Shown piece after piece: positions 39,642-51,328 of a DNA stretch of 64,000 nt. Each line of letters opens with the position of its first letter. Within the stretch, counting starts at the first letter, position 1. A model generated the notes under the pieces. It was not told the DNA's origin. It worked only from the letters and a program-made list of their open reading frames with translations, and made no database searches. This DNA comes from Sphyrna mokarran (Eukaryota): contig JAGIQG010000014.1 in NCBI GenBank assembly GCA_024679065.1, positions 6,882,001-6,946,000 of the forward strand. The letters are read 5' to 3'. A program made the translations under genes and the position numbers.

Positions 39642-42600
39642 TGTGATTTCGAGAAGAATGCAAATATTTCACTAGATGCACCGTTGTATGTAAGATTCGT
39701 AATTCTCCCCCTTTTGTACTGTAATACGTTCCCCGGAGGTGTGGTGTGGAAATCAGGCTACGCGCTGATTGCGTCAGCAATTATCGTAGAAGGCCCCTTT
39801 CCTCTGGAGAGAATCCGGGTTGGCCAATCGACACACTGTCAGTCCATGAAGCTCAGTCAATTAACATGAGTGATGAGAAGGGAATTCCAGAGCACATGTG
39901 TTCAACACTGGTTCCCAGAACACGGAATGGGACACCCCCATTGATACAATGTTTGATTCTGCCAGCTTCATCATGCTCTTATTTAAACGCACACATCTGA
40001 TGCACAGCTTGAATATATTTCGCTCCGGTTTCCCTAACTTTTCATTTCATGTGTATTATTATACCTAGTGACGAATCGATCATTTTACTTGGGACAATTA
40101 TGTTACTTTCCTGTGTCTTTACTACAATCTGAATTGTGGGAACTCAACTATAAATTTACCATTAGTGTTAATCTATCATTATCAATGATAACTGAAATTA
40201 AATATGTATGGCCTACTGAATCATTACTGGAGGTGATATTATTTCACAGTGTCCTGTGCCAACGCTTGAAATGTAGATTATTTTCGGCATCATTCTTTAC
40301 CATCCCTCTGACGCATCAGTCAGCATCTGAGACCCAGCGCTTGCACAGCTTGATGGACACGTTGCATCATTCTGAACGAGTGGCAGCAAGTTACTGCTGG
40401 CGATTGATCTCAGTGCAGCCGAGCTACAAAGAAAAAATCAGAGTGCTTTTTGAAATATTTTACTGACCATATCTTGATTTTTACCTATTTGAGATTTCAG
40501 TCAATCATGAAGCGACGAAAATAGTTCCTTGCCATGTGGACACGATATTTCATCCATTAAAACTGTTTTTGCAGGAGTCTTTCCTGACCACTTGGCAAGT
40601 ATTTAATTTAACCAAATGTTTGTTATTCCTGGACGAGTAATGCCTCCATTTTAAACTCCTCATCCTTACATTCAAATCCGTCATGGCTACGTTGCTGCCC
40701 ATCTGTATCACGACTTCCACCCAAAGACTTGTTATGGTCTCTTATCCTGCCATTTTGGACTTTGCTTGAATTTGACATCCGGGATTTCAACTGATTTGGC
40801 TTAAAATTCCAAATCACGAGTTTATTTTCCCCCTTCAATTACCGTTCATCTTTGAACACAACTTTGTCGCGAGACCTGATGTCTCTTTCCGTGATCAGAG
40901 TCAGTGTTTTTATCATGTTTTCTATTGATAGCTCTCTTAGCAAGAAAGTTGGTTACTTTAATGGCACTTCAATGGCAAGTTGCTCTTCTCACGAAGAATA
41001 CATATCAATGCTTTACAATTTTTAAATTGTATTTCCATTTCATGCCCTGAAAGAACGGTTACAAGGCATCTATTATAGACGTACCTCAGGGTTATTATTT
41101 CGGGTTACGTAATTAGTGCACGTTAAGGTCTGTTTGAATATTATGCACAGTTCATTGCTACACATCTTCCTCGTTCATTCTTCGCCGACTTCCGTCTAGT
41201 TTTGTATAACATAACTATATGAATCTTAAAAGTCACTCCATATAATACAAGTATGTATTCTCTTTTCCGATACCAAAAATATACCTCGGTCTATTCACTT
41301 CCCACTGCTAAACAGATCAATTTGTTGCTCGAAAGGCATTTTAATTTTGAATAATATAATTGTAATTCAACCAATTGTTGTGTTATAAATATTTTTTTCT
41401 TCTCCTTTATCGTTTCTGTCAATAAAAATTGTGATTTACAAATCACTTATTCTACAAAGTTATAAAACAATTCCGTTTCTCTTTCTGAAGTTTTTTTTTA
41501 AATAAATTGCATATTAATCCTGAAACTGACCCATATGCATGGCCTGCTCTGGACTCTCCTGATTTGATATGACTATTCTTCCCTATTTACTCGGAAAAAG
41601 CGAACGATGGAAAATGCCACAAAGTGACGAAAAACAATAGTCATAATGCTGACAAGTTTTAGCCTCGTTCTTTTTTGTAGTTGGCATAGTGGCATTGTAA
41701 TCCAGTGGTAGAAATTCAGATATCAAAGGTATATCCTGGAGTTCTGGGTGTGAATGATATCAGGATTGCAGAATTACAAACCAATATCTTTTCTTTTCAA
41801 AAATCCTCTAATCAACATGAATAGATTGTCATAAATACATATCTGCTTCACTTCTGCCAATAGGGAAAGAAAGATGCCTCCTCACCTGCTGTCGTCTGCA
41901 TGCCAGTCCAGACATACAGAAACCATTTGACTCTTAACTGCCCTCTGAAGAACGATTTGGGATGAATGGTACATTATGACTTCTCCCAGCAGATTCCCCA
42001 TCCCATAACTGAATAAAAACTCTTGCTCACCTTCAAATCTGCTCCCACCCCGCCTCAATTTCATCATGTCCGTCTTTGCAATGACGTCATGTCCGTTCAC
42101 AACCGCCCAGAGAGCACAAAAGCACACTTCATAAAATTATGCAAATTCATCGCTGCTGAACTGCTTTAGTGTTTTTCTTTGAACTTCGAAAAAGCATGCC
42201 TGTAATTGCTGAATTGAAATCAACATTTACCTCATCTCAGGATGTCAGAATAATACTTTATATTGCGGTCTGTGTCTTGATGTAGCACATATGGAACTTA
42301 TTGATAAGCAACAGAGGGAAAACTCAGTCAATTAATCTCTGAACCACTGAGCAATGTGTTATCGAATAAGCCAATCCTACAGAGGTCAAAGGTCATTTAG
42401 ATCTGCAATTGAACGTAAAGGAGCAATGTTAGTGATTGTGGGAATGTGAGAGTTTGTTTTTTGGAATTTGAGGCGAGTATGGGGGTAGTGATGCGAGGGA
42501 AGTGAATAATTAGAGAGTGCAGGAGGTTGCAGCTGTCTGCTCAAAGGGGATGGGAAGTGTGTTGTACATGTGCGTGTCGAGAGGGGAGGGGGAGAGGAGG

Positions 42601-44232
42601 GGGGCGGGTGGACGATGAAGAGGCCTTCAGTCTCAGAGATGCAAACCTGGTCGTTGTGGACCAGCAGAGTGCAGGCCCGGGTTCCCGTGGCTTTTCCCTA
42701 GGCTCTGGTAGTCCTCCTAGTGTAGGCCCAGGCTTCTCCGGTGTTTCCCTGTCTCTGGAAGCCCGTCTGGAGGAATCCCCGGCTCTGAGGCTGCAGCGCC
42801 CACTGCTGCTCACATGTGGGCAACTGCTCCGCGTCACTTCCAAACCGGAATCTCCAGGGTACGAAGAATCGTCAACTACAATGAAATTCAAGAGACTTTT
42901 AAAGAATTAGAATGAAGTTTGAGAAGCATAGAATAAGAGTAAAAGAAAAATTAAAAAGCATGCTGGGCACAGCTTGCAAGAAGTCACCTCGTTTCGGTGC
43001 CAAGTTGGAAGACAGATATGAGTATGGAATGCTGTATTTTAAAAGAGGTTGTATGCTAATCCTCGCACTCGCTCTTGATGCAGTATCTGTCATGGTCATT
43101 GATGAGTTAACGTGACTACCGTTCGCTATTTAGTCTGGAAAGGTGAACGAAGAAGGATATCAAAACAGGAAATAAAAGAAAAAACAGTAAGCAAGATTTT
43201 AGATAGTTCTGTTTGCAGTTGACATCGTGGCATTGTAATTCCGAAATAACAATCCAGACACCGCTCGTACGGTGTGGATTCTGGGGTAGAATATCTTCAC
43301 ATTGTGGAATTTGAAAACAATATTTTCTCCAAAAACTGTATGATGACCATGAATGCATGGTCGTAAATAGCTTTCTAGTTCACATACCACATTACAGAAG
43401 GGAACGTTATCCTCATCTGTTGTGAAGTCCATTGCAACCCATCGCAGTCTAGTAGACTGTTAAATGCTCTCTCAGGGACAATATGAGATGAACAGTAAAT
43501 TATATCGAGGCCAGTAGTGTCCCCATCCCAGTAATGGATAAAAAGTGTTACCCTTGGTCTACTTAATGAAACTTCGTGTAAATATAACACGAGACTCTAA
43601 CTGTTGGGTTTGATGTATGCACTCACTCTTCCTGGTATTACTTTTTTTGCAGCAATGTTGCCCATATGACTCAACATATTTTTGAGCTGTTGTTTAGCGA
43701 ATCAGCATGCAAATTACATGTTGGTTGCTTCATGCTTCGACCAGTAACTATTTCAGCACAGCGTCTGTGGAGTTGATCCTGGAGGCAACATTAAACTGAA
43801 CGCATTCATTAACTTTCAGGCAAGCGATTCCAAATAGAGGGGTCCAAGTTGTTTGACTTTTATCTGTCCTGCATTTCCCCTTTCATTGCTACAGCTGCCA
43901 AGCTATATAAGAAATCACGTGCTGCTCACTAATGTACAGATACAGCAATCTCCTGGAGGAAGCCATGAATCAACTGGTTAAACTGCACATTTTGACATTC
44001 TCCAGATTTTGAACAGAAATCAGATCCATGCATATTGACTAATTCTGAACTGGCGATTTCATCTGAGACAAAGTGGAACATAATAGATAAACGGACAGTA
44101 CTTGGATGAACTTGCCGTTGGAGGGAAATGACAAGGAATGGAAAGATCAAAGGGATTTTAAACTCTTTCATTTAACATTAAACAAGGGGGTCGCATGAAG
44201 CATCAGGTGGCACTTGCCGTGTATATTAATAT

Positions 44233-45350
44233 TTGTGGTGTGAGGCTGCCTATGGTCAAATGCGATAGATGTAGAGTAAGGCACCAAATCTTTGTTACAA
44301 AACAACTACATCACCACGATAAAGGCAGTATCTGATGTAACGCAATTCCTGAATTTAAGAGGAAACCACATTGAACGGTAGAACGTACGATGTAATGCAT
44401 TACCTGCAGAGTGAGGCATAAGCAGGTAAGGTACAATTGTTACTTAAGGCGGATCCAACAGTGTTAAAAGATCACTGTGGCGCAAGGTAGAACATGGCGT
44501 GTAAGACAGTAATTGTGGTGTAAGGCAGTACCTCTGATGTAAGCCACTACCTGTATTGCAAAACGGTACCCGTGCCATTCGTCATTTCTTCTGCGGTGCA
44601 AAGCAGCATGTTTGTTGTGAGGCTGTACAGCTTTGTAAACATGTAGTAGAATGCAGAACCTGCAATGAAAGACACTTTCCACAGTGAGGGCAATTCTTGT
44701 GGAGAAGGCAGTGCAATATCTTGGGTGAAATCATTTCTAGCGGTCAAAGATAGTACCTTTGTTGTAACACAGCAACTACGGTATAAGGCAGTCCTTGCGG
44801 TTTAAAGTGGTACCTGTGTTATAACCCAGCTCAGAAATTTCAAGGTATTGTGTGAAGTCAGTCAGCACCAGTGAAGATAGTGTCCACGTTGGAAGGCAGC
44901 AGCTCCGGTGTTAGCCAATAGCTGTAGTACAAAGAACAAAGAACAAAGAACAACACAGCACGGGAAGCAGGCCCTTCGGCCCAACGAGCCCGTGCCGCCG
45001 TCCTAACGTCTTAATGACATATCCATGACTTTAGGCTATGCCTATTGTGGAAGATTCCCATATAGGGACCAATATAGGGACAATTTGTTGCCCAATCAGC
45101 CTAAGAGCACATTGTAGTGTAAGGACATGTGGATAGTGCAACACAATATCTCTGGAGCAATCAGTACCTGCTGTGTACAGAAGCTCCAGTGATGTAAGAT
45201 GGAACTTATGATGTAAGGAAGTAGCTTCGGTGTAAAAGAGCACTTATGGTGTAACAGCAACTGCAATGCAAGGCATTAATTGCATTTTCTAGAGGCACCT
45301 GTGCTAAAATGCATGCCAGAAATTTCAAGATGTTTAATGAAGTCGGTCTG
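44233..45350. repeat. Degenerate 19-bp minisatellite with SINE insertion; a second block lies at ~46165-46385
   Basis: Duplicate of 19928-21040. Confidence 0.75.
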
Positions 45351-46394
45351 AAACGTGTGCTTTGTACATTGAATTTGGCGAAGTGAAGCTTGAGATGTTT
45401 CACTTTGGCTCAGGGAAGCTTTGAGATGTATGACTTAAATAAACTACTGGTGAGCTGGTCCCATAAAGTTAATTTCAGAATACAGTTAACACGTAGAAAG
45501 AGAATAGCAAATTGAATTTTAGCAATTACGAACAATAAAATAAACAACCAAGGTATTATATAAACCTTAACAGCTCAGCACATCAGGCGTACCAGCATAT
45601 GCACCCAGTCTCGATTTAGCACAAAAATTATGTATTCCCAATGAGTTTTCAGCTCTGTAAGGCCTGTGGTTGTTAGTTCTTTGGATGTGGAAAAGAAACA
45701 CCTGTTTCTCCATTCTGGAACTCACAGCACATCGAAGTGGAGATGGTGCCGCTGCTTTCCTCCAGCTTGCAAACCACCAACAGCAAAACGTTCACTCCAG
45801 AAAAGTAAGAAATACTACTTCAAACTAGCTAGCAGAATTTTTAATCAACACAGAGACAAAATAGTGCATCCAGCTTCGAGTCCAAGCAACTTCGTAATAA
45901 ACCCAATTAAAACTAAAAGTGAAAGGATCTTGTGAAGAAAAATAAAAGATATCTCTTTCGTTTGACCTGTAAGTGTTTTTTTCCGCAACAATTCCAAATT
46001 TCCAAAAACTCCAAGAGAGTGCTTTAGGCCCAGATTAAAAAGAAACAAAACACAAATTAATAAGTTGAGGAAAAAATAAATGTCATTATTCAGATGGCCT
46101 GGTGCCTGTTTATTATTGCAGAAAACGCGATTAAACATGCATTTCTTAAAGAATAGTAGCGTCACTTCTGCAGTGTAAGCCGTTGCTTAAGGTCCAAAGC
46201 AGTGCAAAGTGATATCTGTGGTGTAACACAGAATTTCTTTGGTTTAAGGTACCACCTTGGTTGTAAGACAGTAACTGCGATGTAAAAGATTATCTGTGGC
46301 CTAAGGCAGTAGTTTTGGGGCTATGCAGTGCTTGCAGTGTAGGGCAGTACCTGTGCTGTAAGTCGGTAACTATGATGTCAGGAAGTTGACCTAA

Positions 46395-46524
46395 AGTGGA
46401 GATTCCGGCATTGGACTAGTGTAAACACAGTAAGAAGTCTCACAACACCAGGTTAAAGTCAAACATGTTTATTTGGTAGTAAACGCCACCAGCTTTCGGG
46501 ACTCTGTCCTTTCGTCAGGTGAGT
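46395..46524 (-). mobile_element. Penelope-like pLTR fragment in gene 5 3' UTR with hammerhead motif (46487-46521) and AATAAA (46468-46473)
   Basis: Minus strand CAC-CTGACGA-aaggacagagtccc-GAAA-GC-TG-GTG. Core intact, but the cleavage-site base is G. Confidence 0.82.
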
Positions 46525-46649
46525 TCACCAGTGGTTCTGCAGTAGGCATCAGAAGATACAACGAAGAGTGGAACAATGTTTCTCATGTCTGTTATGTAAA
46601 GAGACACCATTTATTTTTGTGGCAGGAAGGCATACAAATGTGTGCTTCA

Positions 46650-47581
46650 CTATTGCCTGAACAAGAAGACTACATTTAATTTTGCATATTTTTGCAACTT
46701 CAGAATTAATCTCCAAGGAGATTTCACGACCTTCTTTAGCTCTTCCCTGAACTTAGCTTGTGTAGCTGCATAAATACACGTGTTTGTGCATGAACTTAAA
46801 TGGATGAGCATTGTTCCGGTTTCAATGGCGATATATTCAGGAGATGTATAATCCGGCCGGATATGAATGACCATCCCACTGGCTAAATAAGTAACGACTC
46901 TTGTCAGCCACAACAATACAATGGTACTAGAAATAGTGAACAATAAAATAATAGACTTCCTTCGGTTCTGAATCTCTGGATCATTCTGGTTCTCGCTGCT
47001 TTGACCCCGGAGGCTCGCACGGATTTTGCTGGACAACAAAATCCGTCTGATAGTCAGAAAATTAAATAGTAATATCAAAATTAAAGGAATCCATGTCAGT
47101 AAGATACTTTGTAACCGGCTGAATGCTACACCAATGTGAGAAGTATAAAAAGCCTGGCTGGGGAGGACACCCCATTGAACACCATGTATTGTGTTTCTCT
47201 GTTTATATGCAAACCAAATGTACAAGTTCTGCAAGTAGCTAAGGACTGTGACTGATGTTAAAACTGCAGCCGCTGTTCTCGCTGTACAATAGATTGTTTT
47301 AAATTTCTGACTACATATAGCAATATATCGGTCAAACGTGAATGAGACTGTAAACCATACTGACATATACAGATTATTACAAAGCATATATATCATTAAT
47401 TTGCAAACAATAGTATAGGAGAGGAATGAATTAGGGAAATGTTTTCTCAGAAGGTTATACAAAATTACATTGATGAGCATAACCAACAAATCTGCTGTTG
47501 CCATTGCCACCATGTACATAGAGACACATCTGGAAAGGCTGCAACTTCCTTTGGCAAGAATCACGATGGTCACGAGATTCG
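46650..47581 (-). CDS. GPR139-like GPCR gene 5, exon 2; CDS 333 aa
   Basis: Acceptor cttacag|CGAAT at 47582/47581, 932 nt, FDRY, SSCTNTCIY. Confidence 0.93.
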
Positions 47582-48049
47582 CTGTAAGAATGAGGGAGAA
47601 GAGCCAAGTAAAGGACACGGTCTGTTAACACTCACAAGCATATTGTAGTGAAATGTTTGGATGCACTTTTATTCAGTTATTGACATCGACTCATTCTATT
47701 CTACAAGCGAGCAGAGGTGATTTTGGAACTCAAAGTTTTGGAAAACGCGATTCTGTCCTCATTGCAATAATTTATGTCTGATCTTTTCCTCATGTTGATG
47801 GGAGGGTTGCTATGATTCAGTCTACACAATATTAATGGAAATTTCCCCTTAGCACATTTGACGATAAAACATCCAAACCTCAAATGGGATCAATAATGAT
47901 TTCGGAGTATGAAATAAACTGGGTGATCTGGGATCAGCATTCTTGCATCAATGGTGATTTAATTACTGTAAGCATTACCCCTAACACTGGTCTGAGACTC
48001 CGTTCACATTAATTCGAAATCATACCTGCCCGAAGGTATGCCCCAAAGG

Positions 48050-48847
48050 ACAGTAGGAGTGAGGGATGTGAGATAGTGGTGGGGGATGAGAAGGTCAAAG
48101 GGATCGACAGGCGGTTCTGTGGGCAAAAGCAGGACTCCAGGATGGTAGTCTGCCTCCCTGGAGTAGGGGTTCACGATGTTACGGAGAGGGTAGAGGGAAT
48201 TTTGAAGGGTGGAGGAGCTAAGGCTGATGTAATAGTGCATGTGGGAGAGAAGGATGTAGGAACAAAGTGCAGGGGGGACATACGTAGGCAGTTCAGGGAG
48301 TTGGGGGCTCGGCTGAAGTGTAGGGCCTCCAGGGTGGCATTCTCTGGGCTGCTGCCGAGGCCTCGTAATGACCGGGTTAGGAACAACCAGGTCCTCCAAC
48401 TGAATGCGTGGTTGAGGGATTGGTGTAGGGCGGAGGGATTCAGATTCTTACACCATTGGGAAGTCTTCAGGAGGAAGAGGCATCTATACAAGAGGGACGG
48501 GGAACAGTTGTCTGGGAAGGGTACCCATATTTCAGCTGGGAGGTTAGCTGGAGTGTTTCGGCAGGATTTAATCTAATATGGAGGGAGGGTGGGGAGATTG
48601 AGGGAACTGGGAATGGGAGAGAGACGGGCAACAGGGTAATTTCGGAGAGTAGGAGGGAGGATCAGAGAGTGCCTGAGGGCCTTCAGTGCATGTGTTTTAA
48701 TGCGAGGAGTGTGACTGGCAAAACAGATAAACTGAAGGCAATAATGTTCGAGAGGAAGTTAGAAGTGGTGGTGGTGACTGAGACGTGGCTAAAGGAAGGG
48801 CAGGACTGGCAATTGAATATTCCAGGGTATAAGTGTTTTAGGCAAAA
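48050..48847 (+). mobile_element. Internal CR1 fragment (ORF1 SGNH esterase + start of ORF2 APE endonuclease), no 3' tail, in intron of gene 5
   Basis: VVCLPGVGVHDV...VIVHVGEKDVG...LNAWLRDWCRAEGFRFL, then MCFNARS...VTETWL...IPGYKCFR. Confidence 0.9.
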
Positions 48848-49870
48848 GTCATCAATGACTTTTCTTCCACTGTTATGTCAGAAGTGGGAATGTTCACTGA
48901 TGACTGCACAATGTGTTGTTTCATATGCGAATCTTCAGATACTGAGGCAGCCAGTGTCCAAATGCAGCAAGATCTGAAAAACATCCACATTTGAGCTGAC
49001 AAGTGGCAAATAATATTTTTGTCACACAAATTTGAGGCAATGGCCGGCTACAACAATACATAGTCTAACCATTTCTCCTTGACATTCAATGCCATCACTC
49101 AGTCCACAACTGTTAATATCAACCATAAACACAACTTGAACTGGACTGGCCATATAAATGAAAACAATGTTTGGAAAATCTCAGCAGGGCTGGGATTTCC
49201 GCCGGGGGAGAAAACAGTCCGTGTTTTTTTTTTCAGCATTCCCTACTTTTGTTTCAGATTCCAGCACCGACTGTATTTTGTTTTTTTTTTTGCAAATGAC
49301 CTCAAGAGCAGATCAGAGGCTAGGAATTCTGCAGTGAATACTTGTCTTGTATCCCAAGATCCTGTGCACCACTATAAGCTGATGGATTAATGGAATACTC
49401 TCCACTTTCTTGCACGAGGGCAGCTCCAACGATACTCAAGATACTCGACGCAGTGCATGACGAAGCAGCCAGCCGGATTGCTAACATATCCACAAAATGA
49501 CAATGACCTCTAGCACCGACAGCAGCAACCATGTGCAGCATTACAACATGCATTGCATGGACTCACCAAACAACATTATACAAAACCCACGACCACTACC
49601 AATGGAAATTCAAGGGCAACAGATGCATGGGAACACCATCACCTTAATGTTTTCCCAAAGTGTCTAACTAAACTGAGTTGGAAATATAGCGCCGTTCCTT
49701 CACTGTGGTTGTACCAAAATCCTGGAACATTCTCTCTCTGCCAGCACTGTGGGTGCATCTACAAATAGGACAGCAGCGGATCAAGGTAGGAAGCTTATCA
49801 TTCACATCTCAAGGACAATAGGGGATCAACAATAAAGGACATCGATGGCCACATCACATAAATGATCAAA
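48848..49870 (+). mobile_element. Decayed L2/CR1-group LINE relic in intron of gene 5
   Basis: tcatcaatgacttt...gtcagaagtgggaatgttcactgatgactgcaca (FINDL..SEVGMFADDC-like). Homolog of 1340-2352. Confidence 0.7.
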
Positions 49871-50644
49871 ATAAACGCAACTAAACAAATGATTCATTTC
49901 TATACAGTAATTTCCTGTTCTGCAGCTTTGACAGATAAAGCCATCCACCACCGCACTTGTATCAGGTAATGCACCGACCAATTGTAGAAGTTAACGCGAC
50001 GGCACGGTGGGGGAATCGTTTGGATTTAGTGTCTTAATTTTATTTGAAAAGTGGGGTATCTCAAGAGCTGCATCCAACACAAGGGGTGCTCAATGCAATA
50101 TTCCCACGTTACGGAAACAATATTTTTTAAATAAATCAATGAGATGAGAATCCAACTATTGAAATTAATTTGAGACGGTGGGATTCTATTGTTTATCATC
50201 AGCATAAGGGAACTGTCGGGCATAGAAAAGGAACTAGCGGAACGGGAAAATTCATTTGCAGTTCCGAGGAGAGCAGCAGACTCCTGAGCAGGACTTTTTT
50301 TCCTTTGAAATATGATCCAATAATTTTTTGAAGTCCGGAGACGCCGCACTTCGAGGTATTGTCATCTTCAATTAGACAACGGCTAACAATACAAATTGTC
50401 ACTGCAAATAATCGGTCTCGATCTGAATAAGTGTGGGTGGAGAAGTTAAATTCCAGGTGTCACATTCGCCTGAGCTCAACCGCGGCAAACAGGACATGTG
50501 AAATGTTGAGATTCGCACTGATACTCTACAGTTTAGTTTCGCAGAGAAATGACATTACAATAATAACCATCTCGCATTCAAATCCTGAATCACTGAGCAG
50601 TGAGCTACTCCGCAATTATGAGGCAACGTAATACATTGACTTAC

Positions 50645-50714
50645 CGGGAGCACCAAAAGCTGCCAGCGTTGGATAGTAAAGATCCTTGATCTGTAGAATT
50701 AATGGGCGGGCCAT
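50645..50714 (-). CDS. GPCR gene 5 exon 1 (MARPLILQIKDLYYPTLAAFGAP)
   Basis: ATG at 50714, donor CCG|gtaagt at 50644, intron 47582-50644. Confidence 0.9.
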
Positions 50715-50887
50715 TGTGATTTTTAGGAGAATGCAACACTTCCACTAGATGTACTGTCCTCTTATACTCTAACACATACCCCGGGGGATTAAAAAAAAAA
50801 ATCAGACTATGCACTAATTATGTCAGTTTCAACAAATTAACGCAAAAGGTCCCTTCCCTCTGCAGAGAATCTGGGTTGGCCAGATTC

Positions 50888-51328
50888 ATGATGTAGAGAT
50901 GCCGGCGTTGGACTGGGGTAAACTCAGTAAAGTTTGACAACACCAATTTTAAATCCAACTGATTTATTTGATAGTAAATCCACGAGCTTTCGGCCTTTGT
51001 AGCCTTCGTCAGGTGAATGAGGTGTTCTGGTCTCCAAAAACACGCATATCAGCACAGACAGTTTACAGATTGCTGATTAGAATGCGAATCCTTACACCTA
51101 ACCTGCTATTCAAGTCTTGAAGTGGCTAACAGCAGAGGTTAGAGGGATGTGTATTCTCTCCAGACAGCACAGTAAGTGAGGTTTTTTGTTAACCCAGGCA
51201 AGTCATGGGGGTTACAGACAGTGTGACATGAAGCCAAGATCCCTGTTAAGACCGTCCTCATGTGTGTAGAACTTGGCTATCAGTCTCTGCTCAGCGACTC
51301 TGCGCTGTCGTGTGTCGTGAAGGCCCCC
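50888..51328 (-). mobile_element. 5'-truncated Penelope-like element: GIY-YIG C-terminus plus pLTR
   Basis: 51328-51212 translates GGLHDTRQRRVAEQRLIAKFYTHEDGLNRDLGFMSHCL*, the R..E..LI......GLN end of PLE GIY-YIG endonucleases. Followed by hammerhead, AATAAA and terminal repeat. Confidence 0.88.
50981..51015 (-). ncRNA. Minimal type I hammerhead ribozyme motif (PLE type), consensus-intact
   Basis: CAC CUGACGA A GGCU acaaa GGCC GAAA GC UC GUG. Stem I CAC/GUG, stem II GGCU/GGCC, palindromic AGCU stem III, CUC cleavage triplet. Confidence 0.75.

Larger units (their letters stand above)
22426..45850. repeat. Segmental tandem duplication, copy 2
   Basis: Colinear with 1-~21500, plus two copy-specific CR1 insertions. 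Confidence 0.93.

Noticed and set aside
42527-42910. 127-aa (+) and 116-aa (-) ORFs in the GC-rich block, also at 18226 and 10219
   Set aside because: No ATG start, stops differ between paralogs, and substitutions are largely non-synonymous. GC richness explains the open frames.
46650-47581. Gene 5 as a gene-conversion mosaic of A and B types
   Set aside because: Interleaved shared residues are equally explained by retained ancestral states, and no clear tract is visible by eye.
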